In this document: positions 11,141 to 23,987 of the stretch, one piece after another
Layout of the letters: each line of letters opens with the position of its first letter
Position numbering within the stretch: the first letter of the stretch is position 1
The notes under the pieces: generated by a model
Seen by the model: only the letters and a program-made list of their open reading frames with translations
Told to the model about the DNA's origin: nothing
Databases searched by the model: none
Translations under genes and position numbers: made by a program
Assembly (NCBI GenBank): GCA_004764695.1
Contig: SMSO01000025.1
Location: 1,736,001 to 1,800,000 of the forward strand
From: Schizochytrium sp. TIO01
Taxonomy: Eukaryota > Protista > Bigyra: Labyrinthulomycetes
Length of the DNA: 64,000 nt
Direction of reading: 5' to 3'

Positions 11141-11748
11141 ATGCTCTCGGCGAATAAGACGCCCCTCACCACAAGCTGTCGGTGTTGCGGTTCTACTGCG
11201 AGCCCTGATAATTATCTTGACAGAACTTATTTCGGCTCAGCGACGTCCTGGCGAGTCGCTTCGGGAGCAAAAGCCGTCGCTTCTAAGCTCCGAGCCTCAA
11301 CAGAACTTTGCAGATTTATGTTTAACAGAGCAAGACAATAGTTATTTGCCAAGGCACGCAGTAGTCCTCCCCGTCCAGACCACTGGCGGTCGTCCCAATC
11401 GCACCTTGAACTGTAGCCGCTTCGATTCTCCTGCTTTAGCCTGTTTTGCTTTGCTTTGCTTTGATCTGCTTTTCCTTCATTTGCTTAGCTTTGCTGTGCT
11501 GTTTCTGATTTCCTTTTCTTCTACCAAACTACTAACTCAAGGTACATACATACATACATACATAGTTTCTTCTTCTTTTATCCCCTCAGTTGATTATTAT
11601 ATATACACTATACAGCCTCAAGAGTATATTCATTTATTTTCATTTATTTTTAATTGAAAATTACCATAAAACAAGCTTCGGCAAATTGGCACTGCTAGGG
11701 CCCAGCCACCCTAAAGTCTAGCACTCGCCCCTGTACAGCAAGCAAGCA

Positions 11749-11965
11749 CTGTTCGTGAAATGTACCACAGGCGCCATCGCTACGATCGTCATCTCTCCCG
11801 AAGACATCGCCGACGCGGCGAATGGAAAATTAGCTGGTGACCTCGGGAGGGGGGCTCGTCTACTGCACGAAGGCAATCTTCTGAGCTCCGCTTGGCGCCC
11901 AGCTTGGCACAAACTCGCCTCGTTTTTGGTTGTTTTGCTATGTGTGACGTGACGATCAGTGGGCA
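11749..11965 (+). pseudogene. Degenerate ubiquitin-like domain fragment
   Basis: LFVKCTTGAIATIVISPEDIADAANGKLAGDLGRGARLLHEGNLL aligns by eye with ubiquitin IFVKTLTGKTITLEVEPSD...K....G.....RLIFAGKQL. It continues after a frameshift as PSLAQTRLVFGC. No start codon is evident. Confidence 0.35.
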
Positions 11966-12191
11966 GTGTCTTTGCAGCAGGCCACGCGCAAGAATAATCA
12001 ATCGTCAACAGTTATCATCGTTCGCAGCGATGCTCTGCATTGAACGCGACCTAAGAAGCAGCGAACTGATGAGGGCTCGAGAGCGAACTTACACAGGTGC
12101 TCAGATTTTGAGATCGAGCGTGCGTTTGGCCACAGGGTCCTGCTGGCCGGCAGAGACGGCTCTAGACACGTGGACTTGAAAGGCCGGTACT

Positions 12192-12235
12192 TTGCATTGC
12201 ATTGCATTGCAGTGCATTGCAGTGCAGTGCACTGT
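12192..12235. repeat. (TTGCA/GTGCA)n pentanucleotide microsatellite
   Basis: ttgcattgcattgcattgcagtgcattgcagtgcagtgca. Confidence 0.85.
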
Positions 12236-14357
12236 AGTGGTAGGCTACAGTCGCAAAGTTCTGTGTGAATTGTCAAGAGCGCGATGATCACGAGTGGGAA
12301 CTTGCAGCACGCACATCAATTCCATGCTCCTCTTCGTTTTCACCTGACCCCAAAGTCTGTCTGTCTGCATGACCCGACAGTAGACTTCGCGATAGCCCTG
12401 GCAGAGAGATGCGCGGAATTGCTTGTAGATCGAAGCTCATCTTCCATGGCGCCCTTCGAGCTACGCGTCGCGTCTGTCTTGACTCGCTGATTCAGAGCCC
12501 CGAGCCGTGCGATTGCACGCCTTTCGAGGTGCTGGTGGCCAAAGCACTCATCGCTGTGCCAACCTGGGCAGTAGCAGTTAGTTATCTGGCATTAGCTATA
12601 CTCATGATGGATGCGAAGGGGCGAATGTGACTTTCATTTCACTTATCCCCGCATATACTTTGCAGTACGCACCTGCTCCGGCAGCTCGCACGCCAAGGAG
12701 CTCGCCTCGTGTTCATTGAAGCAGCGTCTCGACGCTCTGGTGGGGATAACCCTCGAATCAGAGACTCGTGCAAGCAGTTTCTGCTTCTCGTACACCTATG
12801 CTCGCCTGCTATGGCAGGCTTGGGCCAGTTCAGATGTGAAGCAGCCAAGGCCAAATGGGACCCAAAGTCCTTTCTCGCTCGCAATTGCAGGTACAAAAGC
12901 TTCTTCGAGTCGCTGATGCCTACCTGGGTAGGTACCGGTGCCGATGTTACTCTGATCATGACCGTGCGCTGTCTTTCGTGAGGGAGGTCCTTGCAATGAG
13001 GCGCTTGTTTATCTGCTTCCGAACCTCGCAGAAGGTGTTGTTCATCTACTTCCGAACCCCTCTAGGTAGGCGAGCACCCAAGAACCCGACCAAGAGCCGG
13101 CCAACGCTGACCACAAAAGCTAGAAAGTCACAACTCCGCGCTGCTTGTGCGGCATAGCTCATGGAAGCGCCAGCGGCGACAACAACGCGATGAACGCGCT
13201 TCGACGTCAAGTCGAGGTCGAGCATTGCATGAAATAAAATGATGTAGTAATAGGCTCATTCGAAAGCCCAGAGCTAACTTCTTGATTCGTAGCGGAACAA
13301 ACCTGATCGCCGCCCACGCAGCAGCACACAGCACAAGCTCATCTGCGCTGGGTTCTAACACACGCTTATAACTCAACGTGAGCTGCCTGAGCTTGATTAA
13401 CGCAGAAGCTCGCTCTATTTTTGCTCAGCTGGCGATGAGCTCGTCAACTGGAAAACAACATCCCATCCAGCTGCTCTACACGCAAAACACACAGACGAGG
13501 GCGACGAGGGGTGCCTATCGTCGTAGTCGGAGGAGCGAGGGCGGATACTCTCAAAGCTCGCGCTCAGACAGCTAAGCCTGGTGGTGCCACGGGCTAACTA
13601 GCCGAGGAGTGTCTGTCTGGAAGGAGCCACATCCAAGAATTTGTCCATTTCTCTTCCCTCGCGCAGAACTGAGCAGACTCCTCGACTCCGGCCCGCGCAC
13701 GCTGTAGCTCCGTGCCAGCGCCACGCACGACCCTGGGCCATGCTCCCCATGCGTCTGTGCACTGCGAAAAGAGAGCTCGCTCGACGGCAACGGGATTCTG
13801 CATGACTTTTGTTCACCGCGGTTATCGTGGAACTGCACAAATTAATGAATTAATAGTAAGATCGCTTTGTTTGGGTTCTCAATTCTTGGATACTGCCGCC
13901 AGTGGAGCTGGGGAACTTCAATATATGGGGGACCAGAAGGTCGCCCCAAGAACCACGAACTACGAGAATGGCGGCGGGATTCTCGTTGTCAACGACTATC
14001 TACACCTAGGTACCTCTAGTAGAGAGTGGTTAAGTTGCCTCCTTGCAAGCTGTGGTGGTGGTGCTGGGCTTGCCGTGAATAATTGTCTCTGCAAACCCTC
14101 TCAATTGCTCAAACGCTACATCTGCATGTTTGTCCACAAACATGCGCTCCTTGTCCAGACAGGAAGAGCTCTAGATGTAGATGCTGCCGATGAAACTTCG
14201 GTCATCGCTGAATAATACTGCTTACCTAAGGGGACTGACTGACTGACTGATTATTTGTGGAGCAGAAGCGCTTTGGTACACGCCATCGCCCTCAAATCAT
14301 ATCGCATATCGGTGGTTTGGCCTGCACCTGTTATTGCGTTATTCTACTTTCCAGGTA

Positions 14358-14398
14358 TACATACATACATACATACATACATACATACATACATACAT
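14358..14398. repeat. (TACA)n microsatellite
   Basis: About 10 perfect TACA units. Confidence 0.95.
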
Positions 14399-14646
14399 GC
14401 CCGATGTGCTTGCAAACTCAAGGGAGGACAGCGAAGACACAGGCAGTACCACCAACACAAATGAACATAACAATGAAGGCCACCGTCGTCACCAAGGCCA
14501 TCCATCACATTTCGCAAGTTCTCTTTGCAATAACCACCTATGGAAACCTTGCCAACTTGCGCCCCAACGCCAAGCAAGGTACAGCAGCTACTTCTCCCAC
14601 CTCTACAAGCCGAAGATCAACCTCTGACAACCCCAAATGTATGTGT

Positions 14647-14710
14647 ATTTATTTATTCATTCATTCATTTATTCATTTGTTTGTTTGTTTGTTTGTTTGT
14701 TTGTTTATTT
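14647..14710. repeat. Compound (TTTA)/(TTCA)/(TTTG)n microsatellite
   Basis: Direct reading of the sequence. Confidence 0.9.
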
Positions 14711-15221
14711 CATCTGCCTCCGCAAACCGTTCACATGCTTCCTAGTCAGATTTGCGCGCCCATGCGGAGAACGAGCCGCAGCTCAGACTCGCGAGGGCAT
14801 TATTTAGCTGTCTTCTTCTTCTTCTTCTTCGACAGAAGTTCTTCTTCAACAGAACGAACAAATAATCATCAAATGAAGGTACCAAATCAAGGCCCTCGAG
14901 ATTAGGCTCCTGAGTGAGGTTCGCCAAATCAAATTGGCTTCGTGGCTGTTCGCTGTGCAGTTCGTTCTATCGCCTGCACCACCTCCTTTCGTGTCCTCTG
15001 ACGTTGCTGCGAGAAGGCAAAGAAAGTCCTTCTTCAAGCTGCCTTTAGGTTTGCTCTGATCCACTGATGATGGCGGAAACTCCTCACTCAGGCAGTGTTC
15101 TCTACTTCTTCTTCTTCTTACTATTGTTATTATTGTTATTATTATTTTTTATTATTATTCTCTGCGTTGAATCGATGACCGAGAGTCAGCGATAGGTCGA
15201 TCTTCAGAGGTGAACGGTGAA

Positions 15222-15293
15222 CGAATGAATGAATGAGTGAGTGAGTGAATGGATGAATGAATGAATGAATGAATGAATGAATGAATGAATGAA
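15222..15293. repeat. (GAAT)/(GAGT)n microsatellite
   Basis: Direct reading of the sequence. Confidence 0.9.
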
Positions 15294-15411
15294 TTGTCAG
15301 CGATGATCGTGGTTGATTGATTGGGTTTGCTGGTTTCTTTATACCTTATTTTTGCAAATTGAAAACTAACTTCTTTTTAGAAGTAGTACTCTTTTCTCTA
15401 ATCAAACTTAA

Positions 15412-15413
15412 CT

Positions 15414-15461
<48 letters not shown>
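15412..15461. repeat. (TTTC)n microsatellite
   Basis: About 12 TTTC units. Confidence 0.95.
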
Positions 15462-15680
15462 TTTAATTAAAAAAGAAAAATAAGTAAAAACAAACTGATT
15501 TTAACAAATGTTGTTCTTTTTATTCCACGAAAGGGTATCGCCTTGCTACTGTATCGACTATCTGCCTCACTAGCAGTGCCACCAGGGGTAGTCAGATTCA
15601 GTTTTTTGAGCCTCCTGGTTACGTAATGAATGGCTTCTTCCACCTCTTTCAAGTTACTGACTTCGAGCACTTATTGATGG

Positions 15681-15716
<36 letters not shown>

Positions 15717-17390
15717 CTTCTACAGCCTTCCTTCACCCTTCGTCGTCTTGAACTTGCAGGAAAAGTAAAGGTCAATCAATCAACCAATCATCACCGATCG
15801 ACAATCGTTTGCCAGCCTTGACAAATCGTAGACCATGGGAGTCTGAGTCCTGATTGATTTATTGATTGATTTATTGAAGGACTACGTACGTTCGCGCCAA
15901 GGAGGGTAAGTACATGATGTATTCTTTCATTCATACATGCGTTTTTATCCGCATGGATTTATGGAGCACATTTCAATAAAACTTTCCATATTCACTTCCT
16001 CGCGTGGCCAACGGAAGATGGCAGGCACCTGCTCGTCTACACAAGCATGTGTCGATGTAGTTTCATTCTCCGCCTTCGGCAGCTTAAGCTTCTTCAAGTT
16101 CAACCCCGCGAGTTCTGCTTCGGAGTTCTTGGCGCTTTCGTTTGGACAATTGTGGCCACATGATCAAAAATGCCCAATCTCACAATCCAATCTATAAGCA
16201 AAAGCAAACTTATATCGGCCGATACTGCAATTTTTAATTGCACATCGATCCACAAATCGTGAGGCCCTCAATCCATGCATGCAAAATGCACAAACCTTTC
16301 CGAGAGTGCAATGAGTGATAGATATGACACGCATCGATCGATTAATTCACGCATTGACTCACTCACGGACCATTACATTACACTGCTATTAAGGTAAGGG
16401 CAAAGTCAGACTGCCAGCCTGACTTTATCTATCGATTGATGCCTAGCTGTCTACAATCGCCTTCGCTTTCCGGGTGGCCTCTACAGGGCCGCCGCTCCAG
16501 CCTCGAACTCGAGAACCCTTTGGACACGGGGATGCTCGGGTTGGTTACCCAGAAGTACGCAGGTAGGTCCTGAGGAGGAGGAGGAGGAGCATGAGGAGGA
16601 GAAGCCATTACATCTCAGATTTCATTTCGTTCGTGCATTACATTCCTCACCCTACAGCACCCTCCTAGGCTAAACCATAAGAGGACGCCTGGCGCTGCCT
16701 TTTTCTTGCTGTCCCGCTTTCTTGAGGTCTGAACAGGAATCAGAGCTAATCGCTTCTCTCCTGGACGTGTAGAGGTGCACTCATTGACCGTTGAGTTGAA
16801 GTCGGGCGCCGCGTTTGCCTGTGGACATAGGCAGCGCCGATGACCGAATGCAGGTTCACGATAGAACTTATAGGTTCTGCTTGGCTCGCTGCCAAATAGC
16901 TATCATCATGACATCATGCGCATGATATATGTATGTACTTTTATTTACTTCTTTTTATTTATTAATTTATTTGTTTATTTATGTTTATTTAGTTAACAAA
17001 TAAAAACTTAAAGATCTGTTTAAGTTAAAATATACTCTTCTGGTTTCATGAGAGAGCCTAAAGAGCTTCTCTAAAAAGTACCTAAGTGCCTACTAATACT
17101 ACTCGCGCTCGCGGGTGGCAGTACCTTGAAGAGTAGATTACAGTACCGGCTATCCTCTAGCTCCAGGGAGGCTGCAGAAGCTGCGTGTGAGGCCTAATAA
17201 ACGGGAGGGAGGACCCTGCTTCCACGCCCTCTGGCAGCGCATAAACTCGCAATCGTGACAGCGAGACACGGCCTTTCTGAGGTAGCCAAGAGCAATTGAG
17301 GCCAAGAACAGCTTTTTAGATTTGGGGCAGTGCTAGCATGTATTTTAACCGTAACAGTAGCAGTGCTGGCGATGTTCATTCGCAGTAAAA

Positions 17391-17437
<47 letters not shown>

Positions 17438-17439
17438 TC
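17391..17439. repeat. (TTTC)n microsatellite upstream of the PGM-like gene
   Basis: About 12 TTTC units. Confidence 0.95.
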
Positions 17440-17744
17440 GCTGTTGTTTCTTTGGGTTAGTTAGATGGTTAGTTAGTTGTAAGATTGCTTATTGTTGTTG
17501 GTTATGTTAATCATTACGATTGATGAGATGAAAGATTTTTTAAGTTAAAAAATGTTCTGTTTGTTTTGATTCATCACTTTCATGGCGAAAGAAACTCCAT
17601 GAGTCGAACAAGACGAAATGCAATACTGGAATTAGCATCGCTGCAGAGCTCGAGACCGCGATTTGCGTTTCGAAGCCACGAAGACGAGGCTGGGTTGAAG
17701 CAGAAGGAGAACCTGTCGTATATTTCAGGTCAATAAAAGGAATC

Positions 17745-18713
17745 ATGGTGGACGGAAGCACGCACGTTGGCAACGGCGTCCAGGTCGACGCTGATGGGTC
17801 ACCGGATGTGACTCCAGAGCAACATGGTGCCGCACCTCCTCTTGCCTCGGCCATGTCCAACGCAGAATCTGGAGATAGCCACGATGGCGACGAAGATGCT
17901 GTGGAAAAATCCCATGGTCTTCTCATCCTTCTCAGACATGGCGAGTCCATGTGGAATCGCTCATCGGAACACCCGGACAGACTCTGGCGCTATGCAGGGT
18001 CTAACGACGTTGCGCTCTCTGAGCAGGGCATCCACGAGGCCCTTGAAGCCGGAGACCGCCTTGCAAGAATCCCTATCGACATTGTGTTTGCATCTGTGCT
18101 CTCAAGAGCCATCAACACATGCATGATCTCCCTCGCCAAGCACGTTTCCGGCCTTACACCACTTGTGGCCAACCGCACCGGCAGCTACAAGCAAGCCCTC
18201 GAATCCGTGGAGAAGCTCCCACCCAACACCGTGGTCCCCATCGTATGCTCTGAGAAGCTCAACGAGCGCAACTTTGGCGAGCTTCAAGGTATGCCCTCCA
18301 CGGAACACCTCGTGCGCTACAAAAAGGACTACCTCCGCGAAGTTCGCAATAAATTCAACATCCGCTTCCCAGGACCTGAGGGTGAGAGCACCGAAGACGT
18401 GTACAACCGTGTGGTTCCTTACTTTGAGGAGAACATCCTTCCGTTGTTGCGTCAGGGCAAAAACATCTTGCTCTGCAGCCACGGATTTGCCATTCGCGCA
18501 CTTATCAAGTACCTGGATGGTATGTCCGACGAGGAGTTTAACAGCGAGATGCGCAAGGAAAAGGCAGATCCTGAGAACTGCAAACTTCTTGCAGCAACTG
18601 GAGTTCCACTGCTGTACAGGTTTGATAGGTTTGCAGAGGACGGTGTGCGACCCAAGAAGATTGGTGCCATCGACCGTGCTTATGAGCTTGCACACACATG
18701 CGCACCGTACTAA
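17745..18713 (+). CDS. Histidine phosphatase superfamily, cofactor-dependent phosphoglycerate mutase (GpmA)-like
   Basis: LLRHGESMWN (catalytic RHG), DVALSEQG, SVLSRAINT, LNERNFGELQG, GESTEDVYNRV, LLCSHG. Confidence 0.88.
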   Translation: MVDGSTHVGNGVQVDADGSPDVTPEQHGAAPPLASAMSNAESGDSHDGDEDAVEKSHGLLILLRHGESMWNRSSEHPDRLWRYAGSNDVALSEQGIHEALEAGDRLARIPIDIVFASVLSRAINTCMISLAKHVSGLTPLVANRTGSYKQALESVEKLPPNTVVPIVCSEKLNERNFGELQGMPSTEHLVRYKKDYLREVRNKFNIRFPGPEGESTEDVYNRVVPYFEENILPLLRQGKNILLCSHGFAIRALIKYLDGMSDEEFNSEMRKEKADPENCKLLAATGVPLLYRFDRFAEDGVRPKKIGAIDRAYELAHTCAPY

Positions 18714-19734
18714 GTTGAATCCGATCAGTCAGAGGTGGGCTCCAGCGCAATGATTTTTTACACCGGCGTAGTTGCACTACGTCTGTGGATTTAAATTAGC
18801 AAATGAAATGCGTTGTTGTCTTGGGGCTCTACAGAGCAAGTGGGTGTGACGCGGAAGCGAGGCGAGTTGGACAAGTTAAACCATGGTGAGGAATTTGAAG
18901 ATCAACACGAGCACAGCACTGCTCCCACATTAGTCTACCATATGATGTGTTGGGTGTAACTCTGCTTGCCAATGTTGGACCTCTGTTCTCAGCTTGGACC
19001 TTTTTTTAAAGAGAAGCCAAGGGTAAACCATTGGATGATGCTGTCCTCTTGCAAAGTATTGTTGTTATTGTTATTGTTATTGTTGATACTGCCACTGCTG
19101 TTATGCTGTCAAATGCTGCTGGACTTTTTATTATGACTTTTTTTCGAGCGTTGCTCTTGTTTGACTTTAATGCTGTTAGTGTCATCGTTTGTGTGCTACT
19201 AGTTCATTCTCAAGCATCTTGTTGCCTATTTTAATCTGAATGATCTTTACCTCTTCTACGAGAATCGGCAGCACCATTTTCAAACTTGTTGTAGCTTTGA
19301 GCGCCAATACACTTAGTGTCCAACAACACAATAAATACGTAGTATAAAACGAGTAAAGATTGCTTATTTGCCTTTCATAAATCTACCTACGCACTCTCTA
19401 ATAAAGAACATTGGTGATACAAAGCAAAAGCCTATCTATATATTATGGTATGATTATACGAAATTGATTATTTTATGTATATAAATATGTTGCTGACCAC
19501 AATCAAAAGTTCGTAACTATTTTCCCTCATCATATCATTGCGTCTTCAAAAAAGAAAAAGAAAACATTAATTTGATTATTATTGTAGCTGTTGTTTGCTT
19601 GTTTGTTTGTTTGTTTGTTTGTTAGAAAGTACGAATGTGAGTGAGTGAGAATATAAAGAAAGACACAGGGTAAACTCTGCTTCTTCGCGTCTAAGCAAGT
19701 TTGACAAGGGTTAACCTTTAGTGCAAGTAAGTCC

Positions 19735-22700
19735 TTAAGCTCGTGCTGGTGCGAGCCCAAGAAACTCATCCATACTGACAGGTCTTCGTACAGCATTTGT
19801 GAAACCTTCTTGAAAGCGATATTCTACCCATGCAGATTTCTTACGCTTTGTGCCCGATGTTTCTTCCTCCAGGGCAGGTTGTATCTCAACTTCAGAAGTA
19901 GATTCACTCAAAATGCTCTCGTCAGTCTTTCCTGGCTCAGTAGCTATAATCCGTTTACGACTGGTACCATTCTGTGCAGTGATGGGTCGGCCAAAAAAGT
20001 CCACCGCGACTCCCGGTGCACTGTCACGCTTCTTTTTTGATTTGGACTCAGTATTTGTGTCGTTCGTAAGTTTAGTCACGCGACGTTGCACTATACCGTC
20101 ACCAGCGCCAGAGTTCAAAGAGCTCGTATCGCGTACTTTGGCGATTCGTAATCTCTGCAACAGCGTCTCGCACACAGAATATGAAGCGCTTCCATGTAAC
20201 GAAGAATAAGAGAATTTGTCATTATCAAAAGATAGCAGCTTGTCAATCCGTGGCTCTGGTCTGTACACAGTCTGACGGAATGGTGACGCGCTAACCATGG
20301 ACTCTTGACCATTTTCTTGAGCTTGCTGGGGCTTATCAGAGCCATTGCTGTTGCCACCTTTTTGGTAGTTGTTCTGACCCTGCTTGAAAAAGCCGCCACG
20401 CGAGCTTCCAGGGAATGAGTCCTGTTCATACGTTTTATGCAGCGTAAGACCAAGGCTTGTCATCACGTCAAGTGTATGCTGCACACTAGTCTGCTCCTTC
20501 GAATTAAGTAAATTCCAAGGAATAGAACGGACTCTGGGATTCAACATGGAGGCAATGGGTGAGAGCGCATCAAGTACTAAACTTTGTCGTCCACCAATGA
20601 CTGAGCCTGGCAAAAGAGTACGACGGCCTTCTGCAAAAAGTGCTAATGTCTCTTGGTTTTCTTGCAGTCTCACCGAAAACTCACGAGAAGCTTTGGGGAA
20701 TTCTAAAGCAGCCCTTGATTCAGTAGCGAGACAGCGCCGCAGCTCGAGAGCTGTGGGTGGTAAATACTGTGATAAGGACCACTGTTGCGTGGCCCCAAGA
20801 CGCTTTAGCAAGATATCAGCTTGACAAAATTGCTCAATAGCGTCAAAAAGGTTCGCAATTCCGGTGTCTGCAAGGCGTACAGTGCACATATTCTCATGAA
20901 TGCCGTCTAAAAACCTTGAAAACTCGGACACGTGCTGCTGAAATTGAGTCCAAACCTGAAGTTGAGTAGTAGCACCCTTTCCAGTACGTGAATGTTTTTG
21001 TTGAGCCCGAACATTTTGAAAGACAGCATGCCATGATTTGAATAAATCGGCAGTTTGGTCCTTCGTCCCGACGCATAAATCTTCTACATCCTTGACTTGA
21101 AGTTGAGATTGTGAAGAATCACTCGCACCTCGACGTTCTGCGAGAATAAACTGCAGAGTATTCAAACTTGCACGAATATCGTAATCCTGCCGCTCTGCAA
21201 GCATTTCAAGTGCACCGTGCTGCACCTTGATGTGCTCTGCAGTCGCGATTTCTTTTAGTCGCTGAACAATACGCGCTTGTGGCGCAGTCCGAAAGAACAC
21301 CATCTTTGTTAACCGCCGCAAAGGCCGCAGACCCGGAACATAGGGATCATTACAAATGAGGATGATTGGTCTTGTGACCGGATGCGATGACTTTTTGGCG
21401 CTCGTGGTCTTACGATCACTGCCAATTAAAGGTGCGGCGATCATATCCATCAGGGTTTGCACGGCGCCCCGGCCTTCGCCCTGATTTGCTACGCCCTCAA
21501 ATTCATCAAGGATAACACAATTGGGTTTTCCAGATGCTTGGCCGAAAACAGATTGCATTTCCATAGCATTGATCAAACGGTTGCTGAGAACATTTGCAGT
21601 TCGTTCATCACTTGCATTGATCTCTACTGGATTGTAACCAGCATGCTTTGCAATTACATGAGCTAAGGTAGTTTTACCAGCTCCGGGGGGACCAGTAAGC
21701 ATGATCACAGGATATTCGGGTCGCGTGTTTCGTTTTCCTTCAAAAACAAAGGTCCTCCAGGACATCATCCACTGCATGACTGCACGATTAGTACGCTCAT
21801 GACTGACCAAGTCAATGAATCGCCGAGGTGCGTACTTACTTGCAAGCATAGCGGAATCGTCTTCTTCGTCAGATTCAGGACGCTCATTGCTATCCATGCC
21901 AACGTCTTCGTCGTCTTCGTCGACATCAAAGTTATAGTTCTGGTTCTTCTGAGTAGGACTGCGTTGCGAGTCTAACCCGTCCAAGAGAGCTGCATCCGTT
22001 TGCGACTGTACTCTAGCATTGCGTTCCTCATACTTTCGCACGTCAAGTTCTTCCAAAAGCTCTTTGAATGGTCTATCCAACATAGATCCGTCTTCGCGAC
22101 GTTGGTCAACATCAAGATATTGAAGATTGGATACAGTGCCAGCGCCGGAGCGCATGTTTTTGGCCTTATTCACATCCACCATAAGGTAACGAATATCACC
22201 ATTGGGAAATGCCAGACGCACGTCTCCTCCAATTTCATGACCAGGTCGAAGAAACAAGTAGCGTGCCATATCCTCGCGTTCTCGCCTCGGCATAGCTGCA
22301 TTCTCTTTCATGGCTTGGCGAGCGATAAGTCTTTCATGGAAAGGGGTCCGGTGCCGTCTATTCACATTGCGCTCCAAAGAAGGAACTTCACTTTCCCCCC
22401 GCATTCTTCTTTCATAATTATCCAAGTAGGCATCGATGTCCTCCAGCTGCGCATCGGTAAGACGTTGCTTTGTCGTAGGCTGTTCGTCGTCAGAATCAGC
22501 CTCAGCATCCCCACGAGAGCCAGATGATGTGCCTGCAACGTCTTCAGCCATGACATTAGAACTGTGAGATTGACTGCCAGAATGTTGTTGCTGTTGCTGT
22601 TGCTGCGTGCTTTGTGCATTGTCAACAGGATCCCCAAACTCCTCCATAAGTTCGTACTCAGCTTCGTAGGCATCCTGGATCTCGCGCTCCATTGCCTCCT

Positions 22701-22743
22701 CTTCGGCCAGCATCATATCGAAATCATCCTCTTCCATATCCAT
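19735..22743 (-). CDS. CTF18: Chromosome transmission fidelity protein 18 (RFC-like clamp loader AAA+ subunit)
   Basis: KYAPRRFIDL, Walker A GPPGAGKTTLAHVIAKHAGY, EINASDER, Walker B CVILDEFEG, RPIILICND, DIRASLNTLQ, VDFFGR and C-terminal YRFQEGFTNAVRRPV. ATG at 22743 (MDMEEDD). Confidence 0.95.
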   Translation of the reverse strand: MDMEEDDFDMMLAEEEAMEREIQDAYEAEYELMEEFGDPVDNAQSTQQQQQQQHSGSQSHSSNVMAEDVAGTSSGSRGDAEADSDDEQPTTKQRLTDAQLEDIDAYLDNYERRMRGESEVPSLERNVNRRHRTPFHERLIARQAMKENAAMPRREREDMARYLFLRPGHEIGGDVRLAFPNGDIRYLMVDVNKAKNMRSGAGTVSNLQYLDVDQRREDGSMLDRPFKELLEELDVRKYEERNARVQSQTDAALLDGLDSQRSPTQKNQNYNFDVDEDDEDVGMDSNERPESDEEDDSAMLASKYAPRRFIDLVSHERTNRAVMQWMMSWRTFVFEGKRNTRPEYPVIMLTGPPGAGKTTLAHVIAKHAGYNPVEINASDERTANVLSNRLINAMEMQSVFGQASGKPNCVILDEFEGVANQGEGRGAVQTLMDMIAAPLIGSDRKTTSAKKSSHPVTRPIILICNDPYVPGLRPLRRLTKMVFFRTAPQARIVQRLKEIATAEHIKVQHGALEMLAERQDYDIRASLNTLQFILAERRGASDSSQSQLQVKDVEDLCVGTKDQTADLFKSWHAVFQNVRAQQKHSRTGKGATTQLQVWTQFQQHVSEFSRFLDGIHENMCTVRLADTGIANLFDAIEQFCQADILLKRLGATQQWSLSQYLPPTALELRRCLATESRAALEFPKASREFSVRLQENQETLALFAEGRRTLLPGSVIGGRQSLVLDALSPIASMLNPRVRSIPWNLLNSKEQTSVQHTLDVMTSLGLTLHKTYEQDSFPGSSRGGFFKQGQNNYQKGGNSNGSDKPQQAQENGQESMVSASPFRQTVYRPEPRIDKLLSFDNDKFSYSSLHGSASYSVCETLLQRLRIAKVRDTSSLNSGAGDGIVQRRVTKLTNDTNTESKSKKKRDSAPGVAVDFFGRPITAQNGTSRKRIIATEPGKTDESILSESTSEVEIQPALEEETSGTKRKKSAWVEYRFQEGFTNAVRRPVSMDEFLGLAPARA

Positions 22744-23987
22744 TCTGACTAAACTTGAGCTATCGCTTACGCGAAAGCTCACGACCCTCGCCTACCTGGC
22801 GGATTGTCGGTGGCTTGTATGCTCCGCTTCTGCTTTGGTCAACTATGTCATTCATCCACTTGCTCATGAGTTTTTATCGTCGTTGAGTTCGAGGGAACAC
22901 GGGGAGAGCAAATTGAATATTGAATATTAAGAGGGTAATGCGGGGAACAGAGCGACCTAACGACGAGCTCCCAATCTTCCTTATTTAGAAAAAAAGAGAA
23001 AAGAAAGAGAGAAGAGTGCGAAACTCAAAGACGCACAAGGCAAGGTTGACTGTGTAGAGTTTGTAGAAGTTAAGCTGAGGAAGAAAATAAAACTGATTAT
23101 GGTGAAGTGAAGAGAGGTTGGCGTTTTCTTTGAGGGGGCAGTATCCACATTGTATGAAATGATTATCTGCAACGTAAATTCTGTTTTCGAAATACCTTCC
23201 TCATTGCGAAATTTCACTTTGCAAGAACATAGAGATATGAAGATATTCCTCCAAGAGCACTAGGTTTGGAGACATTATACCAAAGCATATGAAATACGTC
23301 ACATCGAATATTCTTGTTGCTCCACAAACACCCTGATATTTGCCTCCTCTTTATCATGCTGAAATCGTTTGCCACGGACTAGAATATTTTAGTAGCTTGC
23401 TAAAACATTTTCCTGTGAATTTTCACCTTGTTTACAAGGGGGAGGGCTAAATCTGAAGTTTTACATGGCTTATTGTATTGAAACTGGAAAGAATAACAGA
23501 AGAGCCTTAATTGGCACTCCATCTGGGGTGCAAATTGTTTGTAGACGATTTGCTATACCAAGAGCAAACCATGCATCATTTCTGTGTGTTGTGAAATGTA
23601 CATCAATAGACTATCAACGCAAACTGTCCGAATATGTCGAACTCAACAAGATTATCAACTATGCGAACCAAAAGGTCATACAAATCATTCTTTTTAATCT
23701 CTTAGAAAACATGTTCATATCCATACCTTGAGGCATATATCTTTAACAGCTGAGAGACAAAAGTCGTTTGTGTAACAACAGAAGGACTCACATTGCATCT
23801 TATCAACGATAAGAAAGCTCAGTGAAGTTCGAAGAAAACGATACGGATGATCGCAGCATAGAAATCGTTTCTTCGTAATGTCCAAGAAAAAGAGAGGATA
23901 GCTGTCCTCACGAAATGATCAAGCTGGTACTGCTAAACTGCTTTTTATTTTCACGGGTAGAGTTGGAGAGCTGCTCTCTAGAAGCGC

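Noticed and set aside
14255-14905. ORFs with YIHT/FVCL repeats
   Set aside because: Translations of TACA and TTTG microsatellites.
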